This document shows, piece by piece, positions 1-9,003 of a stretch of 24,465 bases of DNA. Both the position numbers and the translations under genes were made by a program. Within the stretch, counting starts at the first letter, position 1; the number at the start of each line of letters is the position of its first letter. A model generated the notes under the pieces. It was not told the origin of the DNA. It made no database searches and saw only the letters and a program-made list of their open reading frames with translations. The DNA lies in contig NW_021836347.1 in assembly GCF_006345805.1 (NCBI RefSeq), positions 1 to 24,465 on the forward strand, in the 5' to 3' direction. This DNA is from Octopus sinensis (taxonomy: Eukaryota).

Positions 1-82
1 GGTATTGTACTTCAAACTATAATGTAACTAATCAAAATAAGTGTATTAAATATCCACATATAAAACACTGCCGCATAAAATA

Positions 83-428
83 CAGTGATACCTCGCAGTA
101 CGAGTTTAGTCCGTTCCATGACTGAACTCGGCTTACGCTTTACTCGTTTTACAAATCAATTTTCCCCATTGAAATTAACTAAAGTAAAATTAATCCAATC
201 CAGCCCCCGCACCAACCACTCAAAAATAATTTTTTATGGGTTTTGAAACAGAAAAGGTGTAGTTACAGGTAAAATGACAATTATAAAAAAGCGAATGCAA
301 AAGAAATATCTAAACTGGTTTTATTAACTGAATTACCTTAAAGATGGTTTCTGCTCGTACTTCGAGACAAAAATTCGCACGAGTCTCGGCTCGTACAGCA
401 AATTACTCGTACTGCGAGGTTCTACTTG
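83..428. mobile_element. Tigger/pogo-like (Tc1/mariner superfamily) MITE, ~346 bp
   Basis: Terminal inverted repeats: CAGTGATACCTCGCAGTACGAGT (83-105) versus the reverse complement of 405-428, CAAGTAGAACCTCGCAGTACGAGT. TA dinucleotides flank both ends (81-82, 429-430). No transposase coding. Confidence 0.75.
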
Positions 429-449
429 TATTCCATGTAATAACTGTGA

Positions 450-680
450 GATTTTACATGACAGAATGTACGATTTTTACATACTGGAATGTAAGACGCC
501 ATTCACAAAATGGTAAGGAATTACATACAGAAATATAGGGCAGTGTATGCCAAACGGTAAGGAACTACACGCTGGCATATAAGACACTATACACAAAATA
601 AGGAACTGCTGACTGGAATCTAAGACTCTTTAAACGAAATGGTAAGAAACTAGAATATAAGGCAGTTTGCAGCAGGAGAA
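450..680. repeat. Degenerate tandem repeat, ~41-44 bp period, about 5 units
   Basis: A recurring core TACATACTGGAATGTAAGAC (478) has variants TACATACAGAAATATAGGGC (522), TACACGCTGGCATATAAGAC (566) and TGCTGACTGGAATCTAAGAC (607). AAATGGTAAGGAA-like spacers occur at 508, 552, 595 and 637. Confidence 0.55.
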
Positions 681-792
681 AAACACACAAAACAAATGAT
701 AATAAGAATATTTGTTGAGTTAATCTCGCCTGCCTTAGCCTGCAGCTCCCAAACCTATTTCGTTTAACCACAAACCTGCCCTTTGGCTTCAT
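565..792 (-). CDS. Candidate small ORF (75 aa): basic N-terminus plus one hydrophobic segment, type II membrane-like; unverified
   Basis: ATG in gaaATGA context, then MKPKGRFVVKRNRFGSCRLRQARLTQQ followed by IFLLSFVLCVFLLLQTALY. A GC-box cluster lies ~90 bp upstream. Against: no strong splice donor, and the 3' half overlaps the degenerate tandem repeat. Confidence 0.2.
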   Translation of the reverse strand: MKPKGRFVVKRNRFGSCRLRQARLTQQIFLLSFVLCVFLLLQTALYSSFLPFRLKSLRFQSAVPYFVYSVLYASV

Positions 793-883
793 TTCTCTAA
801 TCCGTCTTCACGTTGGAATCAATTTGTTCCAACACCCACACATCCACTAATTCACTTTCAATGCCAGCCTATTTCACCGAACT

Positions 884-913
884 CCCGCCCGCCCCGCCCC
901 GCCCGTCCCCGCC
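884..913 (-). promoter_or_regulatory. GC-box cluster / G-quadruplex-forming motif
   Basis: Minus strand reads GGCGGGGACGGGCGGGGCGGGGCGGGCGGG: six G-runs of 3 or more with 1-2 nt loops and several GGGCGG boxes. Regulatory function is inferred. Confidence 0.45.
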
Positions 914-1029
914 ACCATCACTTCTTTTCCGTCTCTTTCACTTCCATCCATCTTTGCCCACTCCTCTCTCACTTTCGCTCTCCCTTCACCCATTCTATTA
1001 CACCCCTTCTACTCCTCCCCTCCGTACAC

Positions 1030-1457
1030 ACACACTCTCTTTCCTTCGTTCTCTCTATCTCTTTCCCCCCTCTCTCTATTTCTCTCCCCCCTCCCCCTCT
1101 CTCTCCTCTCCCCCTCCCCCTCTCTCTCCTTCCCCTCTCTCTCTTTCTCTCTTTCCCTCCCCTCTCTTTCTCTCTCTCCTTTTCCCTCTCTCTTTCTCTC
1201 TCTCCTCCCGCCTCTCTCTCTTCTCTCTCTCTCTCTCTCTCCTTCCCTCTCTCACTTTCTCTCTCTCCTTCTCCCTCTCTCTTTCTCTCTCTCCTTCCCT
1301 CTCTCTCTTTCTCTCTCTCTCTCCTTCCCCTCTCTCTATTCTCTCTTTCTCGCTCTCCTTCCCCTCTCTCTTTCTCTCTCTCCTTCTCTCTCTCCTTCCC
1401 TCTCTCTCTTTCTCTCTCTCCTCCTCCCTCTCCCTCTTTCTCTTTCCCCCCTCTCTC
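1030..1457. repeat. Polypyrimidine/polypurine (CT-rich) low-complexity tract
   Basis: About 430 bp composed almost entirely of C/T on the plus strand. It produces the spurious S/L/P and R/E/G ORFs. Confidence 0.95.
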
Positions 1458-1744
1458 ACATAGACATATATACACGCACAAACTCATACGCATTCACGTA
1501 CACACACAAACATAAATGCGCGTACATTTACGCCATCTTTAGTTCACTTCATTTCTATGTGTGCCATTAACAAACACCGGAACACCAACTCCACCTCTGT
1601 CGACGGTAATCTTCGCCACCAACGCCATACTACGACAATAAAAAAGAAAAGAAAACAAAAAAAAAATAACCCCCCACCTCCACTGCCAACCTTACCAACG
1701 ATTAAAACTACGGCCAGCAATGTTACGAACCGTTGAAATCATCG

Positions 1745-1940
1745 TCACCACCACCACCACCACCATTTGCGCCACCGTCCCCAGTTCCACCAGTTCTGCC
1801 ACCCCACCACAACCATCGCCGCCACCACCACCGCCGCCGCCACCACCACCACTACCACTACCACCACCACAACCACCGCCGCTGCCGCCGCCACAACCAC
1901 CACCACCACCTACACCACCACCACCTACACCACCACCACC
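1745..1940. repeat. (CCA/CCG)n compound trinucleotide repeat
   Basis: Direct reading of the sequence; source of the polyPro, polyGly, polyHis and polyThr ORFs. Confidence 0.9.
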
Positions 1941-2029
1941 AGACACTAACATCAACACCAAAATTAACAATGATAACGCTACTGCCGTTACTATTATTGG
2001 CCATTTATACTAAGTATAAGACAACTACC

Positions 2030-2256
2030 ACCGACACTACTACCATGACCACCACTATCATCACCACCGCTGTCAATGACGCCAGCATTAACACCAGTAG
2101 TTCCCTTATCGTGCTGCCATTTATACTGACAGCATGACTACTACCGCCATCAATACAGCGACCGCCATCATTACCACCACCACTACCACAACCACCACTA
2201 CCAACAACAACAACAACGACAACAGCACTACTACTACTACTGCTACTACAACTATA

Positions 2257-2339
<83 letters not shown>

Positions 2340-2380
2340 GCTACTACTACTACTACTACTGCTGCCACTACCACCACCAG
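2030..2380. repeat. (ACC/AAC/ACT/GCT)n compound trinucleotide repeat
   Basis: Pure (ACT)n at about 2258-2318, followed by (GCT)n and (ACT)n. Confidence 0.9.
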
Positions 2381-2551
2381 TTGTGAGTTCACGGTCATCG
2401 TACACCAATCGTACAAATGATATGACAGCCTCTAATACACCCACCAGTAGTAATAACACCCCCACCACCATCACAACCATTACGATCGCTTTCAATGATT
2501 CTAACAGCAGCACTACCAACACTACCATTCGTACAAAATACATGTGTTAAT

Positions 2552-2775
2552 ATATATTTCTTTACTACCCACAAGGAGCTAAACATAGGGAGTACAAACA
2601 AGGACGGACAAAGGTCGATTACATTGACCCCAGTGCGTAACTGGTACTTAATTTATCGACCCCGAAAGGATGAAAGGTAAAGTCGACCTCGACGGAATTT
2701 GAACTCAGAACGTAACGGCAGACGAAATACGGCTACGCATTTTGCCCGGTGTGCTAACGTTTCTGCCAGCTCGCC
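2552..2775 (-). mobile_element. tRNA-headed SINE, family A (Nin/Deu-like central domain), near full length
   Basis: Minus strand: GGCGAGCTGGCAGAAACGTTAGC (A-box), GTTCAAATTCC (B-box), then CTTTCATCCTTTCGGGGTCGATAAATTAAGTACCAG. The same family recurs at 13110-14071. Confidence 0.85.
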
Positions 2776-2787
2776 GTCTTCGATGTG

Positions 2788-3576
2788 TTAATATAGTCGT
2801 GCTGATGGTCGACTAAGTCTCTGCCAATCTTTCGAAGATTTTTGTTTTTCATCGTGGGGAATCGTCTTGAAATCCAACACGATTTCTCGCCGATCCTCAG
2901 TCTCTATTCGCTTCCTCATCACTGCAAAAGTTAACTTAGCAACACCATTGGGAGGAAATTCCTTCGACTTTCTCAATGGCGGCTCCTGAAATTGAGGGCA
3001 ATGTGTGTTTTTGCGGCCTTCCGTAAAGCAGAAACCGATAGTACTTTGCAAATAGCAGTTCCTGACCCCTGCTGTTGTAGCTGTTGTTGTTGTTGTTGTT
3101 GTTAAGCAACAAGACGGGTAAGGGTGATTAGGTGATGGTCTAGGGCTTAGGGGCGGGAGACCCCAGACCTTGGGGAAAAAAATCTTTGGTCGTCTTGTTG
3201 TAGTCGAGGGCTCTTCGTTGACGCTCGAAACCACTGGGAGGTGGTCCTAGAAGTCGCTGGAAATGGAGATCTCCAGGTCCAAATTCTTGGACGGCTGCTG
3301 TTGCAGCCGAAGCAGCTGCTTTTCTTTCCTTGCCTTTGCAGTTGTCTCGTGGAAAGAAGCTCTCAAGAATCTCATATTATCCAAGGGGTTCTGCATTGCA
3401 TGGCCTGTCATATTGCAAGCGTGGTGTTTAAGTGGTCTTCAACAGAAATCGGGCTCTGCACGACTATAGTGACATCACACACTGACATGCCCTTTATGGT
3501 TACATCAGGATTCAGAGCCAGACCATAGTAAGAATATACCAAGAATAAATGTCAGCAATAATACCCTTAGTTGCAT
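2788..3576 (-). pseudogene. Frame-disrupted coding-like island of unknown identity
   Basis: Unique sequence, richer in GC than its surroundings. One minus frame from ATG 3576 to TAA 2788 has only 4 internal stops in ~262 codons. An overlapping frame (3376-3140) is open for 78 codons with G-starting codon bias. No family recognised. Confidence 0.3.
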
Positions 3577-3760
3577 TATTTTATTCGGCCACAAACCTGT
3601 AAGCAGCTGCATGGTGCATCATCTTGGCCTATGCGTTAATTTTCCCTCGGTCATAACCCAATTATCCACATATTATATGCCACGCTTGATGGAAAATCCA
3701 TCATTCCACACCTAGATCAGAACTTGCTTTAATTGTCCCTTTGAGAGAACACTTAAATAT

Positions 3761-3790
3761 CCGCCATTTTGCGAGATGTAGTGGTACATC
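3761..3790 (-). promoter_or_regulatory. YY1-like motif adjacent to an ACTACA-type motif
   Basis: Minus strand ACTACATCTCGCAAAATGGCGG. CAAAATGGCGG matches the YY1 consensus, and ACTACA-nn-TCNC resembles the ZNF143/THAP11 housekeeping-promoter motif. Motif match only. Confidence 0.25.
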
Positions 3791-4044
3791 ATACTCTTCT
3801 ATACATTTTTAAAAATATAAAATCAGTATTTATTATTTCTTTCTGACTCGCAACACTAGCAAAAGATTTAGTGTCTTTGTTGTCTCCATCGCTTAAATTT
3901 CCTAGGAGCGTATACGTTGCTAAGGCCTTCGAGGGTTTTTTTTTTTTTACCTCATACAGCTATACCAAAGAAAGAAAATTAGGGAAAATTTACAAAAAAT
4001 GAATGTCTTAGAGGTAAAATGACAGAGTGAAAGAAGGAAAGAAA

Positions 4045-4051
4045 AGTGTGT

Positions 4052-4088
<37 letters not shown>

Positions 4089-4329
4089 TGTGTGAGAGTA
4101 AGAAAAAGTAAGAAGCAAAAAGAGAGAGAGAGAGAGACAGAATGAGAGAGAGATCGAAAGCAAGCTAACGAAGACAGTGAAACAAAGAGAAAAAGTAAAT
4201 GAAATGTTATAAAACTGTCTCTGTTATAGAAAAATCTAAAGAGTATTGCTACATGGGTAAAGAATCTCATTACTAGGGCAGAAATATATATATATATATA
4301 TATAATATATATATAATATATATATATAT

Positions 4330-4360
<31 letters not shown>

Positions 4361-4531
4361 CATGTAAGCAAGCCTCGAAATTGTTCGGTTATGACAATGT
4401 GTTTTTCCATATTTCACTTACCTCCCTACCTATTTACTTAATACACTCCCCAACACACATACACATACAAACACACGCACTCACACACACACACGTATAT
4501 ATACACGCGCACATACACACATGTAAAAGTG

Positions 4532-4563
<32 letters not shown>

Positions 4564-4815
4564 AAAGGTATATTCTCTAGACGCAAATCAAAATCCATTT
4601 CAATGTATATATACACTCGTATATAGATATAAATATATATACAGGTATATATATATATACGTAAATATATATATTTATTTATATATGAGTGTGTGTGTGT
4701 GTGTATATCCGTATATATATATATATTGTGTATACAAATAAAATACATATCTCTATGTATACACGTACTTTATCAATACATTAACATACACATTCTCTCT
4801 CCATATATATATATG

Positions 4816-4881
<66 letters not shown>

Positions 4882-4965
4882 CATACATACATACACACAA
4901 AACACACTCACACACATAAACATATACATACAAACACACACACACACACATACTCACACACATAT
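4045..4965. repeat. Compound (TG)n/(GA)n/(TA)n/(CA)n microsatellite block with short unique spacers
   Basis: Direct reading of the sequence. Confidence 0.9.
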
Positions 4966-5217
4966 ATATATTAATATTCGCTTTTCGTTCTTCACCAACG
5001 AAAATGTTTCAATTCCTTGGCAAAAGTTCTATTGCTGCCAGCAAGACCAGCTAACAACATTCAGATGTTCTTCTCTAATATAATCTGCAATTATTCCCCC
5101 TCTGGCATAAAAAACCAATTTGCCTTATTGCTCTACTTTCACTGCCACCACAATTTTGAGAGAATGAAATCTAGAGATATCTTTACTCTAAGATTCATAG
5201 TCACGACGTTGCTACTG

Positions 5218-5332
5218 TAGTTGTTGTTGTTGTTATTGTTGTTGATGTTTAGGGGTGTTGATACTGCTGGTTGTTGTAGAGATGGTGTTATTTTTAGTCA
5301 TCTGTTTGTTGTTGTTGTTGTTGTTGTTGTTC
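5218..5332. repeat. Degenerate (GTT)n repeat
   Basis: Direct reading of the sequence. Confidence 0.85.
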
Positions 5333-5470
5333 ATGGGGATTGCGGTTAATGCTGTTGTTAGTTATATCTGCTTTGTTTGTTTTAGCTGTTGTAGGAATAT
5401 GAATTCGACCAAAGATGAAATCCAGAATAAATTGGTACAGATTCTTTTATTCCGTACTAAACACATAATG

Positions 5471-5708
5471 TGGAAGCACTCCGTCGGTTACGACGACGAG
5501 GGTTCCGGTTGATCCGAATCAACGGAACAGCCTGTTCGTGAAATTAACGTGTAAGTGGCTGAGCACTCCACAGACACGTGTACCCTTAATGTGGTTCTCG
5601 GGGATATTTAGCGTGACACAGAGTGACAAGGCCGACCCTTTGAAATACAGGTACAACAGAAACAGGAAGTAAGAGTCCGCTGCCCTAACCAATGGGCCAT
5701 TGCGCCAC
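5471..5708 (-). mobile_element. tRNA-headed SINE, family C, internally deleted (A-box joined to 3' half)
   Basis: The 3' end (TGGAAGCACTCCGTCGGTTACG on +) is shared with 18639 and 22412. The 5' end on minus, GGCGCAATGGCCCATTGGTTAGGGCAGCGGACTC, matches the head at 19702. Confidence 0.9.
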
Positions 5709-6409
5709 TTTAAACACATAATAGGAATATAGTCTCCCTCTCTACTTGCTAATCAGGTTAGTTTGACTGCGACAAGACCGAATGGTTTGATAAAATTATT
5801 GATAAAAAAAAGTTGCGATTTCGGCCACGAGAAATACTAAGCGAAAGATAGCAAAATGACCTGAAACAGAAATGAACGTGCTTTCTACAAAGAGTATTTA
5901 TAATACATACACATAATCATACATGTATATATTGTATGTACTCATACACATTGGTATCTTTGCATATATGTGTACATGTTTATGTAAATGGTGCATATGC
6001 AAGTGAGTCTTCGTTTCCACGAAAATGCATGCCTATGTGTTTATACTATAAATGCGTGAACATGCAAAGGAGTTTGAGTGTGGAAGCGTACGTAAAGAGC
6101 GTGAATACGTGCCTGATTGATATGACGATCCAGCTAACAAGTGTATCATATGTATATAATGATCCGTATTTTTTATAAGTAGAAATCGTCGTGTTCTTCG
6201 TGGTAGCAACATATGTAGAATGATCTGTGTTTCGAGTGTCTAGAACAAGCCACATTCTTTTGCAGCAGGAAAATGGAGAGTTTGAACACGGAAAAAATAA
6301 TCAATTTATTTATATAATAGTGAATTTCATATCGCCTACGTACATTTCAATTTCTTACCTTCATTCATATTTTGCAATTAAGGTTGCGTTATGCATTCAA
6401 AAAGTAAAA

Positions 6410-6700
6410 ATCTCCTCAGTGAAAAAATTGCCAACCATGAAAGCACTTTTAGAGATAAAAGGAAAGGAGCTAGCTCTAGTTTAAGCAGGTTAATTTGGGA
6501 AATTAAAGACAAAAACAAGGAATATTCACCGAAGTGGGAATTAATTAGCAGGAAAAATCTTTTAGCATTGAAAGGAAAAGGTGTGACTTGTGCGTTAAGG
6601 AAATTTTCCAGATCATTACATCTAAGTACAGATTAATTAACAATCAAAGGAAAAAAGTTTTTATTGCTTACATAGGATTAAATATACGTTTAATAAATTC
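6410..6700 (+). mobile_element. Penelope-like retroelement relic: C-terminal part of the GIY-YIG endonuclease region, frameshifted
   Basis: IANHESTFRDKRKGASSSLSRLIWEIKDKNKEYSPKWELI, then a -1 frameshift to IERKRCDLCVKEIFQII...LINNQR (CDLC at 6582-6593). This resembles the PLE motif NHxxxF...LSxxIWxLK...W...CxLC. Confidence 0.8.
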
Positions 6701-6952
6701 AAATATATAAAATTAAGTAGACATTATAGGAATAGACACACGTCTAGTAATTCCAAATAAATATAATTAAATAGGTATTATATGAATAAATAAATATCTA
6801 GAATTAATAATTCTATATTAATGAAATAGAGGAATGCACATTGAAACTCTTATATTCAGCTGATGCTTCAAAATAAATAATTTAACAATCGTATTAAATA
6901 AATGAGGGATAGAGAACTTGTTATATTCGTAAGGGAAAAGAAATATATATAG

Positions 6953-7003
6953 ATATATTTGGTAGAAATAACGAACTCGTGTCGTTATTTCTACCAAATA
7001 TAT
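6953..7003. repeat. Perfect 22-bp inverted repeat with a 7-nt loop
   Basis: ATATATTTGGTAGAAATAACGA (6953-6974), loop ACTCGTG, TCGTTATTTCTACCAAATATAT (6982-7003). Confidence 0.95.
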
Positions 7004-7255
7004 ACGTTTTATTTATTATTTTGCACATTACTTAATCATCGGTATATTTTTTATCTTATATTTAATTTAATATTTCTATTATATGTAATTTTCTAGATGG
7101 TGTAATTTAATTTTTTTATTTTGAGTTGATAAAAGGTGTTTTTTCTAATTTATATATATATAAAATATTTTGTGAAATTTGATTTAGTATTTCTAAATTG
7201 AATTTTTCCCTGTAAATTTGGAATAATATTCCCTCAAATTATTATTATTATATTT

Positions 7256-7257
<2 letters not shown>

Positions 7258-7305
<48 letters not shown>

Positions 7306-7316
7306 TATATATATAA

Positions 7317-7360
<44 letters not shown>

Positions 7361-7412
7361 CTATGTGTGTGTGTGTGTGTGGTGTGTATGTGTATGTGTG
7401 TGTGTGTGTATA
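7258..7412. repeat. (TA)n + (TG)n microsatellite
   Basis: Direct reading of the sequence. Confidence 0.95.
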
Positions 7413-7689
7413 CATACACTATCATCCAAAATTTTAAGATCGCCTACAAAAGTTTGTTTCAAAGTGGAATTTTTAGTTGAATGTCATCGATTTAGATAAT
7501 TTATTGGAATAAAAATATGGAATAACATATTGCATAAAGTTTGGGGTTTACTCGATATGGAATAACAAACACTGTAATACTTGTTTTATTTACAAATAAC
7601 TATATTTCTTGACGGCAAGCCTGTTTGGGAATGTTGTCAAAATCATTGCAACATTGTAATACATTTTGATTACTTACACTCTTTATGTA

Positions 7690-8568
7690 TTGGGTTGTCT
7701 GGAAAGTTCGTGCCGATTTTTAAAGGAAAGGAATAGGTCAATAAATACTTGCCATTATATTTTTAATCAACCAAATATGAACCATTTTGTTGCACAATGC
7801 GTCTCCATCTTTCTTTTAAATTGAAAATACCCTCTTCCCAGAATTGAGGTGGTCTCATGGCAAAGAATTCATTAAGGTATCTTTTTACGTCATCCAAGGA
7901 ATTGGAATTTTTACCATTAAGACTATTCTGCAGAGACCTGAATAAGTAGAAATCCGAAGGAGCAATATCCACTAACTTTTTAGGGTAAAATGGTTGGTTT
8001 GGATAGTGTTTAGGTGACTCTTCTGCATCTAATCACTGTCCTGTGTTTCTGCTGCTGTCAAAGAGTGTCCATTTCTCATCACAAGTAATGATTTGATGCA
8101 AAAATGGTCTTTTTCCAGTCGAGAAACCAATAAAGAGCACACGTTGAGGCGTCTGTTTTTTGGAATTTCGTTTAGTTGACGTGGGACATACCTATCTGTT
8201 TTCTTGACTTTTCCAATTTTTTACAGGTGTCCAAAAACAGTTGTGCAACATGTTTGGAGTTTTGATGAAAGTTTTCAAAACTTTGTTCTCGGATTTTATT
8301 CAACCAAAGAATTTAATCCATCATGCTGAATAACTGACTTTGGCCTACCCCTTGGTTTCTTTTCAAGGCTACCATTTCCTGAACGAGAGCTCTGGAACCA
8401 TCTCTGAACAGTTCTGCTGTCAACAAAACCATTACAAAAGCCCGCTTGATATTTCGTAGAATTTCTGCGGCACAGTGACCCAGTTTGTACTCACACGAGA
8501 AAATCACTCAACATAGTTTGGTTGCTATCATTTTCATAAGGTCTGTGGGTACGAATTTTGTATACCAA
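7690..8568 (-). mobile_element. Internally deleted mariner (DD34D-type) transposon, ~880 bp
   Basis: TA|TTGGGTTGTCTGGAAAGTTCGTGCCGATTTT terminus at 7690; a degenerate partner GGTACGAATTTTGTATACCAA|TA ends at 8568. Transposase motifs lie between them. Confidence 0.9.
7763..8531 (-). pseudogene. Mariner transposase pseudogene
   Basis: HTH region AAEILRNIKRAF / RTVQRWF, a WVPxxL-like YVPRQL, FLHQIITCDEKW (first catalytic D) and DIAPSDFYLFRSLQN...WEEGIFNLKERW (third D). Contains frameshifts and stops, and lacks the central catalytic segment. Confidence 0.9.
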
Positions 8569-8674
8569 TACTGTTGGGAAAGAAAAAGAGTCAAGATTAT
8601 TAAATGCAAGATATATATAATTGAGATTTTAAATGACTGAAATAACAAGTAATCAAAAATGCGACATTTCATAT

Positions 8675-8885
8675 GAAACACCCTGTCCGGCATTCGCCAT
8701 GATAGATCGCTAGCCACTACACGTTCTATATTTTCTCTCCATGTTTCTTTCAGTGTTCCTTTCGGTGAAAGAGCATATACTCGAAACATTAAAGACTTCT
8801 TCACTTCCCGAGCATTAAACTAGTAAATCTGTTTGTTGTCTACAACACCTGTCTTTGTCTTTTTTTTTTTTGTGAATTCTCCAGC
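8675..8885 (+). mobile_element. Probable Penelope pLTR-like repeat fragment with a decayed minimal hammerhead motif
   Basis: TGAAA-GAG-catata-CTC-GAAAC-attaaagac at 8766-8796 has the architecture of minimal PLE hammerheads. It is followed by a T-rich tail and (TA)n. Family assignment is inferred. Confidence 0.4.
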
Positions 8886-8887
8886 TA

Positions 8888-8910
8888 TCTATATATATAT
8901 ATATATAATA

Positions 8911-8984
<74 letters not shown>

Positions 8985-9003
8985 AATATATATATATATA
9001 TAT
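8888..9003. repeat. (TA)n microsatellite
   Basis: Direct reading of the sequence. Confidence 0.95.

Noticed and set aside
813-1493. Long ORFs 813-1463, 969-1493 and 1076-1459
   Set aside because: They are translations of the CT/GA tract; the lack of stops is compositional.
2121-2550. PolyVal and polyThr ORFs
   Set aside because: Pure trinucleotide-repeat artefacts.
4199-4276. Short peptide CYKTVSVIEKSKEYCYMG faintly resembling the N-terminal GIY-YIG motif of Penelope elements
   Set aside because: Too short and diverged to call, and 2 kb from the real relic.
5040-5130. Minus-frame ARGGIIADYIREEHL resembling the LINE endonuclease GGGVAIY motif
   Set aside because: A single weak motif with no flanking endonuclease similarity.
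5800-5880. Strong minus-strand acceptor ttcatttctgtttcag| at about 5862
   Set aside because: All frames stop quickly, and there is no donor or other support.
6820-6870. GAAAC and CTGATG motifs suggesting a hammerhead in the Penelope flank
   Set aside because: The order and spacing cannot form the three stems.
8508-8804. 98-aa minus-strand ORF
   Set aside because: It spans the mariner end and a repeat fragment, with no recognisable domain.
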